A stretch of 64,000 bases of DNA from Candidatus Omnitrophota bacterium (GTDB lineage Bacteria; Omnitrophota; Gorgyraeia; Pluralincolimonadales; Pluralincolimonadaceae), in contig JBAZJG010000001.1 in the NCBI GenBank assembly GCA_041651455.1, forward strand, positions 146,535 to 210,534, read 5' to 3'. The notes under the pieces were generated by a model that saw only the letters and a list, made by a program, of their open reading frames with translations, was not told the origin of the DNA and made no database searches. Every line of letters begins with the position of its first letter. Position 1 is the stretch's first letter. Positions 29,134 through 38,301 of the stretch are shown here, piece by piece. Both the position numbers and the translations under genes were made by a program.

Positions 29134-30978
29134 ATGCTTAAGAACCATGACATAATATGCATATCTTCGATCGACTGGGATTTTATATGGCAGGGGCACC
29201 AGGAGATCATGTCCGCGTTCGCCGCGAACGGCAACCGCATCCTGTTCATCGAGAACACGGGAGTGCGCGCTCCGAAGATAAGGGACATATCCCGCCTGCG
29301 TAAAAGGTTCAAGGATTACTTCAGGGGCGTCAAGGGAATCAGGGAAGAGGCGAAGAACCTTTATATATACTCCCCTATAGTCCTGCCGTTCCCGTACTCT
29401 CGAATAGCGAGGATGGTCAATAAGTTCATCCTGCTTTCGGTCATCAAGAAATGGATGAGGGCGATGAATTTCGCGAACCCGGTCATATGGACGTTCCTCC
29501 CTACGGGGACCGCGATGGATATCATAGAGAATATAGACAAGAAGCTGCTGATATATTATTGCATAGATAATTTCGCGGTCAGCTCCGCAGCCGCGAAGAA
29601 GATAATCGCGTACGAAAAAAAGCTTATAGGCATCGCGGACCGCGTGTTCGTGACGTCGCAGGCGCTGTATGACCACTGCGCGAGGTTCAACGATAACGTG
29701 ACGCTCTTCCCGTTCGGAGTGAACATAGAAAATTTCGAGAAGGTCAGGAAGGAGCGGACGGAGATACCCGCGGAGCTGAAGGACTTGAAGCCGCCGGTCA
29801 TCGGTTATGTCGGAGGGGTGCACAAGTGGATAGATTTCGAGCTTGTCAAATATGCCGCTTCCGCGCATCCGGAGATGCAGTTCGTCTTCGTGGGTCCGGT
29901 GCAAACGGACGTGTCGCAGCTGTCCGGCTGTCCCAACATCCGCCTTTTAGGCGGACGCAAGCATTCCGAGCTTCCGAACCTCGTGAAGCATTTTACCGCG
30001 GCCGTAATACCTTACCTGTTGACCGAATATACGAAGAACGTATACCCGACAAAGCTTAACGAATACCTTGCAATGGGAAAGCCGGTAATATCATCATATC
30101 TTCCCGAGGTGGATACCTTCAACGGGAGGTATGGCGGTATCGTATATATTGGCAGGGACAAACAGGAGTTCTCATCGTTGTTGTCCAGGGCGATAGCTGA
30201 GGATAACGACGCCCTGAAGGAGAAAAGGATATCGGCGGCGTCGGAGAACAGCTGGAAGTCGCGCATAGAACTAATGAGCGCGGCCATAGAAGAAGCTATT
30301 GAGGAGAAAACAAAGAAGAGCGAAGCCGGCTGGAAGGACAGCCTCGCGGGATTGTTTGCCGCGGCAACGCGCAGGATCGCGCGGCCGGTAGTATATATCG
30401 CCGCGGCACTGCTGTTGGTATTCTGCACACCCGCGGTATGGTTCCTTGCGGAGCCGTTGAAGATAAGCGAGCAGCCTCAAAAGGCCGACGCGATAGTTGT
30501 ATTCGCCGGAGGCACCGGGGAATCGGGAAAGAGAGGGCAAGGATACGAAGAGAGGGTCGAATACGCGGTCGAACTTTATAAGAAAGGCTATGCGGAAAAC
30601 ATTGTATTCTCGTCGGGATATTCATATGCGATAAAGGAAGTCGATATCATGAAAGCGTTGGCGGTGTCGATGGGAGTGCCCGCAAGCGCGATTACGTTGG
30701 AAGACAGGTCCGGATATACGTATGAATTCGTGAAGAACACGAACGATATCGTGCGCAGGAACGGCTGGAAGAAGATACTGCTCGTCAGTTCACCTTATCA
30801 TATGAGGCGCGCCTCGCTGGTTTATGGTAAACTGGGAGGAAGCATAGACGTCATATATACGCCTATCAGGGACAGCAAGTTCTATAAGCACGGGTTCGGT
30901 GCGTCCCCGAGGCAGATAAAGGGCATTTTACACGAGTATGCGGGAATAGTATATTACCTGGTAAAGGGGTATATCTAA
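29134..30978 (+). CDS. Fusion: N-terminal GT-B glycosyltransferase domain, a TM helix, and a C-terminal DUF218 (YdcF/SanA/ElyC-like) domain
   Basis: Rossmann-like GT-B halves (ICISSIDWDF..., VIGYVGGVHKWIDFELV..., LAMGKPVISS). Hydrophobic segment VVYIAAALLLVFCTPAVWF. Then ADAIVVFAGGTG...IVFSSGY...LVSSPYHMRRA, typical DUF218. ATG 29134 with a GAGGG RBS. GTG 29122 is an alternative. Confidence 0.55.
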   Translation: MLKNHDIICISSIDWDFIWQGHQEIMSAFAANGNRILFIENTGVRAPKIRDISRLRKRFKDYFRGVKGIREEAKNLYIYSPIVLPFPYSRIARMVNKFILLSVIKKWMRAMNFANPVIWTFLPTGTAMDIIENIDKKLLIYYCIDNFAVSSAAAKKIIAYEKKLIGIADRVFVTSQALYDHCARFNDNVTLFPFGVNIENFEKVRKERTEIPAELKDLKPPVIGYVGGVHKWIDFELVKYAASAHPEMQFVFVGPVQTDVSQLSGCPNIRLLGGRKHSELPNLVKHFTAAVIPYLLTEYTKNVYPTKLNEYLAMGKPVISSYLPEVDTFNGRYGGIVYIGRDKQEFSSLLSRAIAEDNDALKEKRISAASENSWKSRIELMSAAIEEAIEEKTKKSEAGWKDSLAGLFAAATRRIARPVVYIAAALLLVFCTPAVWFLAEPLKISEQPQKADAIVVFAGGTGESGKRGQGYEERVEYAVELYKKGYAENIVFSSGYSYAIKEVDIMKALAVSMGVPASAITLEDRSGYTYEFVKNTNDIVRRNGWKKILLVSSPYHMRRASLVYGKLGGSIDVIYTPIRDSKFYKHGFGASPRQIKGILHEYAGIVYYLVKGYI

Positions 30979-30993
30979 AAAGGAGCGGGCAAA

Positions 30994-31485
30994 ATGAAGA
31001 TGATAGACGAGAAGGGAAGGATCTTCGGAAAGCTTAACATAATTGATTTCATCTTTGTTGTCCTGCTATTGAGCGTCATCCCGGTATTTTATTACGGCAA
31101 CAGGCTTACGGCAATGAAGAAGCCGGCGGTAAAGAGGTACGAGAAGGTCATCGCCGAGATTAAATTCCTGAAAATAATGCCAGAACTGGCGTCGGTGATC
31201 AGGGAGGGGGATATCGACAAGGATTCTGGGGGAGACACGGCCGGCGTTCTTAAAAAGATTATCTCCAGCAAGAACAGCCAGTTCGTGGCGATGGGCAATA
31301 GTGAGCAGGTTATAATCATGGAAGACCCGATGACGAGAGATGTACAGGCGTCCTTCGAGCTGAACTGTGTAAACGATAACGGCGTGCTCAGTTTTGAGGG
31401 GTATCCCGTAAAGATCGGAAGCGATATCGCATTCACTACCGACCTCTATAGCATGCAGGGTATTGTAGTGAAGATAGAGAGATGA
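30994..31485 (+). CDS. Hypothetical small protein with an N-terminal TM anchor
   Basis: Strong AAAGGAG RBS. IIDFIFVVLLLSVIPVFYY hydrophobic helix. No recognisable catalytic motif. Confidence 0.4.
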   Translation: MKMIDEKGRIFGKLNIIDFIFVVLLLSVIPVFYYGNRLTAMKKPAVKRYEKVIAEIKFLKIMPELASVIREGDIDKDSGGDTAGVLKKIISSKNSQFVAMGNSEQVIIMEDPMTRDVQASFELNCVNDNGVLSFEGYPVKIGSDIAFTTDLYSMQGIVVKIER

Positions 31486-31907
31486 ATAAGGGTAGAGCGG
31501 CCGGAAGCGGGCTGATAAGAACTGCCTACTATATTTGGGGCTTCTACGGCCGTTGCGTCGATCGTTTTGAATCGGTATTCCTGCAAAGCTTTGCGATGAA
31601 GATGTTAAAGGGGTCTGCGGATATGATGTCAGCATGCCTGGAAGGAAGTATTTTATTGAGGATGTCAAGGGCATCGAACAGATACGTTTATTCAGATAGT
31701 GCGTTGTTCGGGAACATAAAGAAATTGTTCTGCCGCTGTGAAACCCTGATGGAATCATATTATGAAGGAAGCGGTTTTCAGAGTATTGCGGCAGAGATTA
31801 ATACCCTTTTCACTGTTCTTGATGGATTCCTGTCCGGGGTCCGATGGGACAGAATGAAGGGTAGCAGTAAGATTATCGGTATCTTGAAAAGATGCGGCAG
31901 AAAATAA
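31482..31907 (+). CDS. Hypothetical protein (141 aa)
   Basis: ATGA-coupled to the upstream ORF. Codon usage is consistent with neighbours. No recognisable domain. Confidence 0.35.
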   Translation: MNKGRAAGSGLIRTAYYIWGFYGRCVDRFESVFLQSFAMKMLKGSADMMSACLEGSILLRMSRASNRYVYSDSALFGNIKKLFCRCETLMESYYEGSGFQSIAAEINTLFTVLDGFLSGVRWDRMKGSSKIIGILKRCGRK

Positions 31908-33085
31908 AGGTATTAAGGATAATCGCCCGCCTTAACGTAGGCGGGCCCGCCATACATACGATCCTTTTGACGTCGGCACTGAACGACGCGGAGTATGCCT
32001 CGGTCCTTGTCTGCGGGAACGTGGACAGGTCCGAGAAGGATATGTCCTACCTTGCGGATACAAAAGGGGTCAAGCCGGTCATAATCCCGGAGCTGTGCAG
32101 GAGCATAAACCCGGTAAAGGACCTGCGGGCGTTTATTGCCATATTCAGGGCCATAAAGGAATTCAAGCCGGATATAGTCCATACCCACACAGCTAAGGCG
32201 GGGGCGTTAGGAAGGGCCGCGGCGGTGCTTGCCGGCGTCCCGGTAAGGATACATACTTTCCACGGCCATATATTCGACGGATATTTCAGCAAGCTGCAGG
32301 CGGCGGTATTTCTCGCGATAGAGAGGGTTCTGGCCTGTTTCACGAAATATATAATTGTCGTCAGCGAGGCGCAAAAGTCCGATATAGCGGAAAAATACCG
32401 TATTGCCGGCGAAAACAAGATAAAAGTCGTCCCTCTCGGCTTGGAACTGGAAAAATACGCGGCAATCGGCGGAAGGGACGGGAATCTGAGGAAGGAGCTT
32501 GGCATCGGAGACGGCGCTGTCCTGGTCTCCATAATAGGCAGGCTTGTCCCCGTAAAGAACCACAGGATGTTCGTCGACGCGGCGAAGATAGCGTTGTCGG
32601 GGACGCCCGCCCCGGACATGAGGTTCGTTATAGTGGGAGACGGGGAAGAAAGGACAGAGTTGGAGGCTTATGCGGCCGGCGCCGGTTTGGAGGGCAGGAT
32701 CGTGTTTCACGGGTGGAAGGAGGATATGGCCGGCGTCTATGCGGATTCGGATATAGTAGCCCTCACGTCTTTGAACGAGGGTACTCCCGTGGCATTGATA
32801 GAGGCCCTGGCCTCAGGGAGGCCGGTTGTTTCGACCGATGTGGGCGGCGTAAGGGATGTAGTGCAGGACGGCAGGACCGGATACCTCGTCGCATCCGGAG
32901 ATGCCCGGACGTTTGCTGGAAAGCTCTGTGAGCTCGCGGCCGACTCCTCGAAACGCGCATCGTTCGGGGCGGCGGGAAAGGCCTCGGTAATGGGGAAGTA
33001 TTCAAGCGAGAGGCTCATATCCGACATAAAACGGCTTTACACAGATTCGCTTATAGATTATAATAAGGGCAAAAAAGGAGTATGA
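31892..33085 (+). CDS. Glycosyltransferase family 4 (GT-B)
   Basis: KVLRIIARLNVGGPAIH N-terminus. C-terminal EGTPVALIEALASGRPVVSTDVGG. Confidence 0.65.
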   Translation: MRQKIKVLRIIARLNVGGPAIHTILLTSALNDAEYASVLVCGNVDRSEKDMSYLADTKGVKPVIIPELCRSINPVKDLRAFIAIFRAIKEFKPDIVHTHTAKAGALGRAAAVLAGVPVRIHTFHGHIFDGYFSKLQAAVFLAIERVLACFTKYIIVVSEAQKSDIAEKYRIAGENKIKVVPLGLELEKYAAIGGRDGNLRKELGIGDGAVLVSIIGRLVPVKNHRMFVDAAKIALSGTPAPDMRFVIVGDGEERTELEAYAAGAGLEGRIVFHGWKEDMAGVYADSDIVALTSLNEGTPVALIEALASGRPVVSTDVGGVRDVVQDGRTGYLVASGDARTFAGKLCELAADSSKRASFGAAGKASVMGKYSSERLISDIKRLYTDSLIDYNKGKKGV

Positions 33086-33089
33086 ATAA

Positions 33090-34055
33090 GTGCATTATCT
33101 CATAACGGGCGGCGCCGGCTTTATAGGATCCCACCTGACCGATAAGCTGATAAAGGAAGGGCACAGAGTCACGGTGCTCGACGACCTGTCTACGGGAAAG
33201 GTCGATAACGTAAGGCATCTCGAAGGGAACCCCGATTTCAAGCTTGTAGTTGGGACTATTCTGGATGAGTTCCTCGTAGATAAGCTGGCGGAGCGCTGCG
33301 ACGCGATATTCCACCTCGCGGCGGCGGTGGGAGTGGAGCTTATAGTCAACCATCCCCTGGAATCGCTTACCACTAACATAAAAGGGAGCGAGATAGTCCT
33401 CGGGATGGCGTGCCGATACCATAAAAAAGTGCTGATAACCTCCACGTCGGAGATATACGGGAAGAATACCCAGGGCCCGCTGAAAGAGGACCAGGACAGG
33501 ATTCTCGGATCGCCGTTGAAGTCGAGATGGAGCTATTCCACGGCTAAGGCGGTCGACGAGATGCTCGCCTATACATACTGGAAGACGAAGGATGTCCCGG
33601 CGGTAATAGTCCGCCTTTTTAATACCGTGGGCCCGAGGCAGTCCGGGATGTACGGTATGGTCGTCCCGAGGTTCGTCAGGCAGGCGGTCGAAGGCAAGGA
33701 CATCACCGTATACGGCTCGGGAAAACAGTCAAGATGCTTCCTGCACGTGAAGGATGTCGTCTCCGCACTACCGAAACTGATAGAAGAGCCCAAGGCCTAC
33801 GGCCAGGTATTCAATATAGGCAGCCAGGAAGAAGTCACGATAGAAGGCCTTGCGCGTAAGGTCATCGAGATAACAAAGAGCAGGTCCAGGGTCGTAAATA
33901 TCCCTTATGAAAAAGCGTATGAAGAAGGTTTCGAGGACATGGAGAGAAGGGTGCCCGATACCACGAAGATACGCAACCTGATCGGATTCAACCCCACCGC
34001 AGACCTAAAGACGATAATAGAGGACGTTGTAGGTTATATAAAAGGGAACAAGTAA
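33090..34055 (+). CDS. NAD-dependent epimerase/dehydratase (UDP-glucuronate decarboxylase / UXS-like extended SDR)
   Basis: GTG start 10 nt after an [35 protein letters not shown] motifs. Confidence 0.65.
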   Translation: MHYLITGGAGFIGSHLTDKLIKEGHRVTVLDDLSTGKVDNVRHLEGNPDFKLVVGTILDEFLVDKLAERCDAIFHLAAAVGVELIVNHPLESLTTNIKGSEIVLGMACRYHKKVLITSTSEIYGKNTQGPLKEDQDRILGSPLKSRWSYSTAKAVDEMLAYTYWKTKDVPAVIVRLFNTVGPRQSGMYGMVVPRFVRQAVEGKDITVYGSGKQSRCFLHVKDVVSALPKLIEEPKAYGQVFNIGSQEEVTIEGLARKVIEITKSRSRVVNIPYEKAYEEGFEDMERRVPDTTKIRNLIGFNPTADLKTIIEDVVGYIKGNK

Positions 34056-34058
34056 CCA

Positions 34059-35849
34059 GTGGCTTATGTTTACCTTTTTTTAACCGCTTTTTCAATAGCG
34101 TTCCTTGCGACCCCGGTCGTTAAGGCGGCGGCATGCCGCCTCGGTATCGTCGCGAAGCCGAAAGAAGACAGGTGGCATAAGAAAGTGATACCGCTGATGG
34201 GCGGCATCGCGATATTCGCGGCGTTCATGGCGACCTACCTTGTATTCATGCGCGGCGGGAAGATCAATATGGGGCTCGTAGTGGGCGGCACATCGATATT
34301 CCTGCTTGGTGTTGTAGACGATATCAGGGGCCTGAGCCCCCAGTCGAAGCTTGTCGGGCAGATCATATGCGCCTCGCTGGCAGTGATGTTCGGCGTCTCG
34401 ATAAAGGTAATACCGTTCGCCGCGATATCGGTCCCGCTTACGATCCTCTGGATGGTCGGGATCACGAATTCATTCAACCTTCTTGATAACATGGACGGGC
34501 TGTCGGCGGGCGTTACGGCGATAGCGTCGTTGACGATCTTCGCATGCTCGCTCGCGCTGCACAATTACGAGATAGCGATGGTATCGCTGATAATGGCCGG
34601 CGCCTCGCTCGGTTTCCTGCCGCATAATTTCTATCCCGCGAGGATCTTTATGGGCGACTGCGGCGCGATGTTCCTCGGTTTTACGCTGTCGGCGCTTACG
34701 ATAATGGGCACATGGAAAGAGGTCTCGCACCTTTTCCTCGTCCTGCTCGTCCCTGTGCTCGCGCTGGCCGTCCCGATATTCGATACGCTCTTCGTCGCTA
34801 TAACGCGCACGATAGACGGCAGGTCTGTCGCAAAAGGCGGCAAGGACCATACGTCGCACAGGATGGTCTTCCTCGGATGGCAGGAGAGGAAGGCGGTCAT
34901 GGTGCTTTACTCGATATCGATCCTGTTCGGCGCCGCGGCATATATATCGCTCCACGTGAAGATATACGTAAGCGCCGTCATTATGTCGCTGCTCGTGCTG
35001 GTCATCTCGGTGTTCGCGATATTCCTGAACCATTCCACTATGTCAAGGCGCTCATCGAGGCAGCCCGGCGATAAAGAAGTCTCGTTTTACAAGAACGAAT
35101 CCGAGCTGATAGAAGCCCTGGTAAAATACAAGAGGGTCATATTCGAGGTAATATGCGATTTCATCCTGATATGCCTCGCGTACATGTCGAGCTATATAAT
35201 GAGGTACGAGGGGATAATAGACCATTATAATTTCGGGCTTATAGCTAAATCGCTGCCGATAATTATCGTGATAAAGCTGCTGGCCTTTTCCGTAAGCGGC
35301 GTATACGGGAACATCTGGCGGTATATAGGGCTCAACGAGTTGATCAATATCGTGAAGGGCATAACATTGGGCTCTATAGCGTCGGTCGTGGTCATGGTCA
35401 TCGCATTCAGGTTCGAAGGATTTTCGAGGATGATATTCGTACTCGACGCGATGGTCCTGCTGATACTGATGTCGGCCGTAAGGATAGCTTTCAGGATATT
35501 CAGGGAACAGCTGTTCGTCTCATTCGAAGGCCAGGGCAGGAGGGTCCTCATATTCGGCGCCGGGGACGCGGGTGACGCGTTCCTGCGCGAGATAAGGAAG
35601 AACAGGTCGCTGAACTACCGCCCGATAGGTTTTATCGACGACGACCTCTCGAAACAGGGACGAAGGATACAGGCCGTCCCGGTGCTCGGCGTGAGGTCGG
35701 ATATACCGAGGCTCGTGGAGGAGAAGAATATAGACGAGATAATTCTTGCGATCCCGTCCGCGGACAATAAGACCAAGGATGATATTGAAGCCATATGCAG
35801 GGAGAGCGGCGCGGAGTACCACCAGATAAGCGGGATATACCTTAAGTGA
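34059..35849 (+). CDS. Fusion: WecA/MraY-family polyprenyl-phosphate N-acetylhexosamine-1-phosphate transferase (PNPT) with the WbpM/PglF-type N-terminal 4-TM plus Rossmann-like (CoA-binding-like) domain
   Basis: NSFNLLDNMDGLSAG is the PNPT signature. The C-terminal 260 aa have TM helices then RVLIFGAGDAGDAFLREIRKNRSLNYRPIGFIDDDLSKQGRRIQAVPVLG...IILAIPSA. GTG start. Confidence 0.65.
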   Translation: MAYVYLFLTAFSIAFLATPVVKAAACRLGIVAKPKEDRWHKKVIPLMGGIAIFAAFMATYLVFMRGGKINMGLVVGGTSIFLLGVVDDIRGLSPQSKLVGQIICASLAVMFGVSIKVIPFAAISVPLTILWMVGITNSFNLLDNMDGLSAGVTAIASLTIFACSLALHNYEIAMVSLIMAGASLGFLPHNFYPARIFMGDCGAMFLGFTLSALTIMGTWKEVSHLFLVLLVPVLALAVPIFDTLFVAITRTIDGRSVAKGGKDHTSHRMVFLGWQERKAVMVLYSISILFGAAAYISLHVKIYVSAVIMSLLVLVISVFAIFLNHSTMSRRSSRQPGDKEVSFYKNESELIEALVKYKRVIFEVICDFILICLAYMSSYIMRYEGIIDHYNFGLIAKSLPIIIVIKLLAFSVSGVYGNIWRYIGLNELINIVKGITLGSIASVVVMVIAFRFEGFSRMIFVLDAMVLLILMSAVRIAFRIFREQLFVSFEGQGRRVLIFGAGDAGDAFLREIRKNRSLNYRPIGFIDDDLSKQGRRIQAVPVLGVRSDIPRLVEEKNIDEIILAIPSADNKTKDDIEAICRESGAEYHQISGIYLK

Positions 35850-37324
35850 GCGCCGGGAAAAGCAGGGTATGTTCCGGATGCGACAAATTCATAGAGTACC
35901 TGCTCTACACGCTCTTCTTCTTCATCTCATCGTCAAAGAGCGTCCTCGAAGTGTTCGCTACGATAGCTATCCTCATATGGTTATTCAAGAAATCCTATGA
36001 ACTAAGGGAGCGGATAAGGGCAAAGGCGGAATCGTTCAGCATGACGCGTGCAAGCGCAAGATCTTCCGTCATCTTCGCGCTTATAGGCGTCCTGACGATG
36101 GTAATGGTCTATGTCGCTATCGTGGTCACGATGGGGATAGCTACAAAACATACCGCGCCCGGCGTTAACCTTCTGGCGCCCGCACATTTCATTCCTATCG
36201 TGCTGATCGCGGCGGTCCTGCTGGCGATGTTCTATATAGTCATATCCTCGGTCATGCACTCCTTGCGACTGGATGCCGGCATAAAGGCGTCGTCCGTCTG
36301 CTACCTGCTCGTGGCTATAATCACGTCGGCATTTACCACCGGAAATCTTGCCATAAGCGCAGGGGCCCTTATGTTCAAGACGATGGAATATTTCCTGCTG
36401 TTTATCGTGATAGCGGATGTCATAAATACGAGGGAGAAGCTAGCGCGTTCCGTACTGGCCTTCATATTCCCGGCATCGATAGTGGGACTGGACGGCCTCT
36501 ATCAGTATTATTCCGGCCACGACCTGTTCAGGCATTTCCCGCTCTTCGAGAAGATAAAGGTCACCGCTACTTTCAAGTTCTCGAACAGCGCGGGAACCTT
36601 CTTCGCAACGGTACTGCCGCTTCCGCTTTCGCTATTCATGATGAACACATTCCGAGGCAGTAAGAGGGCGCTGCTTGCGGTTTCGATCGCCGTCATATTC
36701 GCGTGCCTGATGCTGACACAGGCAAGGGCCGCCTGGCTCGGGTTCGCCTCCGCCTTCATATTCCTCTGCGTTATTTCCGGCAAGAAGAGGTTCTATGCGC
36801 TGCTCGCATCGTTACTGGTAGTAGTAGCGCTGCTTGCCGTCGCCGGGCCGCAATCGCTGAAGGACCAGATAGGTTCGCTTGTGAATATAGGAAGGGACCA
36901 GTCGAGCAAGGACAGGCTTCTGATCTGGGAGACGGGCTGGAGGATGTTCATGGACAGGCCTGTATTCGGGCACGGGCTGGGAACGTTCATGAGCGTCTTT
37001 GAAAAATACAGGCCGGCAGGATACAGCGAGATCGTTTATGCGCATAACTGCCTGCTGCAGGTGGCGGCGGAAACGGGTATTGCCGGCGTCCTCGCGTCCT
37101 TATGGATAGCGGCAGCAATGTTCATATCGGGATTGAAGAATTATTTCAGGGAAAAGGACGTTTCTACAAGGGCAGCGTATATAGGGTTCATCGGCGGCCT
37201 GCTCGCAACGATGGTCAACAGCCTTTTTGACACAAACCTGTATTCACTTCCGCTGGCAGTCCTGTTCTGGTCGGTCGCTGGGTTGTCGGTGGCTAAGACT
37301 GAATACGGACAGCCGGAAAATTGA
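35846..37324 (+). CDS. O-antigen ligase / Wzy_C-domain polytopic membrane protein (WaaL-like)
   Basis: AAWLGFASAFIFL...RLLIWETGWRMFMDRPVFGHGLGTF is the characteristic Wzy_C periplasmic loop. GTG start (GTGA overlap). Confidence 0.6.
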   Translation: MSAGKSRVCSGCDKFIEYLLYTLFFFISSSKSVLEVFATIAILIWLFKKSYELRERIRAKAESFSMTRASARSSVIFALIGVLTMVMVYVAIVVTMGIATKHTAPGVNLLAPAHFIPIVLIAAVLLAMFYIVISSVMHSLRLDAGIKASSVCYLLVAIITSAFTTGNLAISAGALMFKTMEYFLLFIVIADVINTREKLARSVLAFIFPASIVGLDGLYQYYSGHDLFRHFPLFEKIKVTATFKFSNSAGTFFATVLPLPLSLFMMNTFRGSKRALLAVSIAVIFACLMLTQARAAWLGFASAFIFLCVISGKKRFYALLASLLVVVALLAVAGPQSLKDQIGSLVNIGRDQSSKDRLLIWETGWRMFMDRPVFGHGLGTFMSVFEKYRPAGYSEIVYAHNCLLQVAAETGIAGVLASLWIAAAMFISGLKNYFREKDVSTRAAYIGFIGGLLATMVNSLFDTNLYSLPLAVLFWSVAGLSVAKTEYGQPEN

Positions 37325-38301
37325 AACCTCAAAACATCCTTCTCATAAGGACCGACAGGATTGGGGAGTTCATCCTGACGACGCCCGCAATAAGTGCTTT
37401 CCGCGCAGGATTCCCCGACGCCAGGATAACACTTGCCGTATCCGAGGCTTCATACGAGGCGGCGGAAGGTAATCCCTCCGTAGACTCAATAATAAAGCTA
37501 GATCCCCAAAGCGACCTTGATTCACCGGCCAAAATGGCAAGGTTCATAATCTCGTTGAGGAAGCAGCGGTACGAGATGTGCGCGGTATTCAACCCGAACA
37601 AAGCGGTGAATGCCGCCGTATTCCTTGCGGGTATACCGGTAAGGATAGGGTATGACAGGAAGCTGGGATTTCTGCTGAACAGGGCCATAGAAGACAAAAA
37701 ATACCTGTGCGAAAAGCACGAGGTGGAATATAACCTCGACATCGCAAAGGCCGCGGGAATAGACGCGAAGCCGTCAAGGCCGGTATTTACGGTAAGTGCG
37801 GAGGACGAAAAGGCCGCGGCGCGCATTGTTGAAGAGAACGGTATCCATGCGGGAGAGAAATTCATAGCCGTGCATCCCGGCACGAGCAATCCCGAGAAAC
37901 TCTGGCCGGCCGAGAGATTCGGACGGCTTTGCGCGATGATTGAAAATGAAGCAGGCGCCAGCGCTGTCCTTGTCGGCGGGAAGGAGGAGAAGCCCATATC
38001 CCTCGAAGCGACCAAATGCTCAGGGAAACGGCTTTCCGATCTTACGGGGAAACTGGGGCTGAAGGAATTCGGCTCGGTCCTCAAGAAAGCAAAGGCGCTA
38101 ATATCCTGCGATTCGGGTCCGGTGCATATATCGGCCGCAGTTGGGACCCCGGTCATCGCATTGTTCGGGGAATCGAGGAAAGGCGGCTCATCCGTAAGGT
38201 GGGGGCCGTACGGCCGGGGGCACACGGTCATAGGCAGGCCAATGGTATGCGACATAACGGTCGAGGAAGTGTTCGAGGCGGTCAAAGGGATAAATGGCTA
38301 A
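37321..38301 (+). CDS. Glycosyltransferase family 9 (ADP-heptose:LPS heptosyltransferase-like)
   Basis: ILLIRTDRIGEFILTTPAISA. C-terminal GKLGLKEFGSVLKKAKALISCDSGPVHISAAVGTPVIALFG. TTG start (TTGA overlap). Confidence 0.7.
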   Translation: MKPQNILLIRTDRIGEFILTTPAISAFRAGFPDARITLAVSEASYEAAEGNPSVDSIIKLDPQSDLDSPAKMARFIISLRKQRYEMCAVFNPNKAVNAAVFLAGIPVRIGYDRKLGFLLNRAIEDKKYLCEKHEVEYNLDIAKAAGIDAKPSRPVFTVSAEDEKAAARIVEENGIHAGEKFIAVHPGTSNPEKLWPAERFGRLCAMIENEAGASAVLVGGKEEKPISLEATKCSGKRLSDLTGKLGLKEFGSVLKKAKALISCDSGPVHISAAVGTPVIALFGESRKGGSSVRWGPYGRGHTVIGRPMVCDITVEEVFEAVKGING

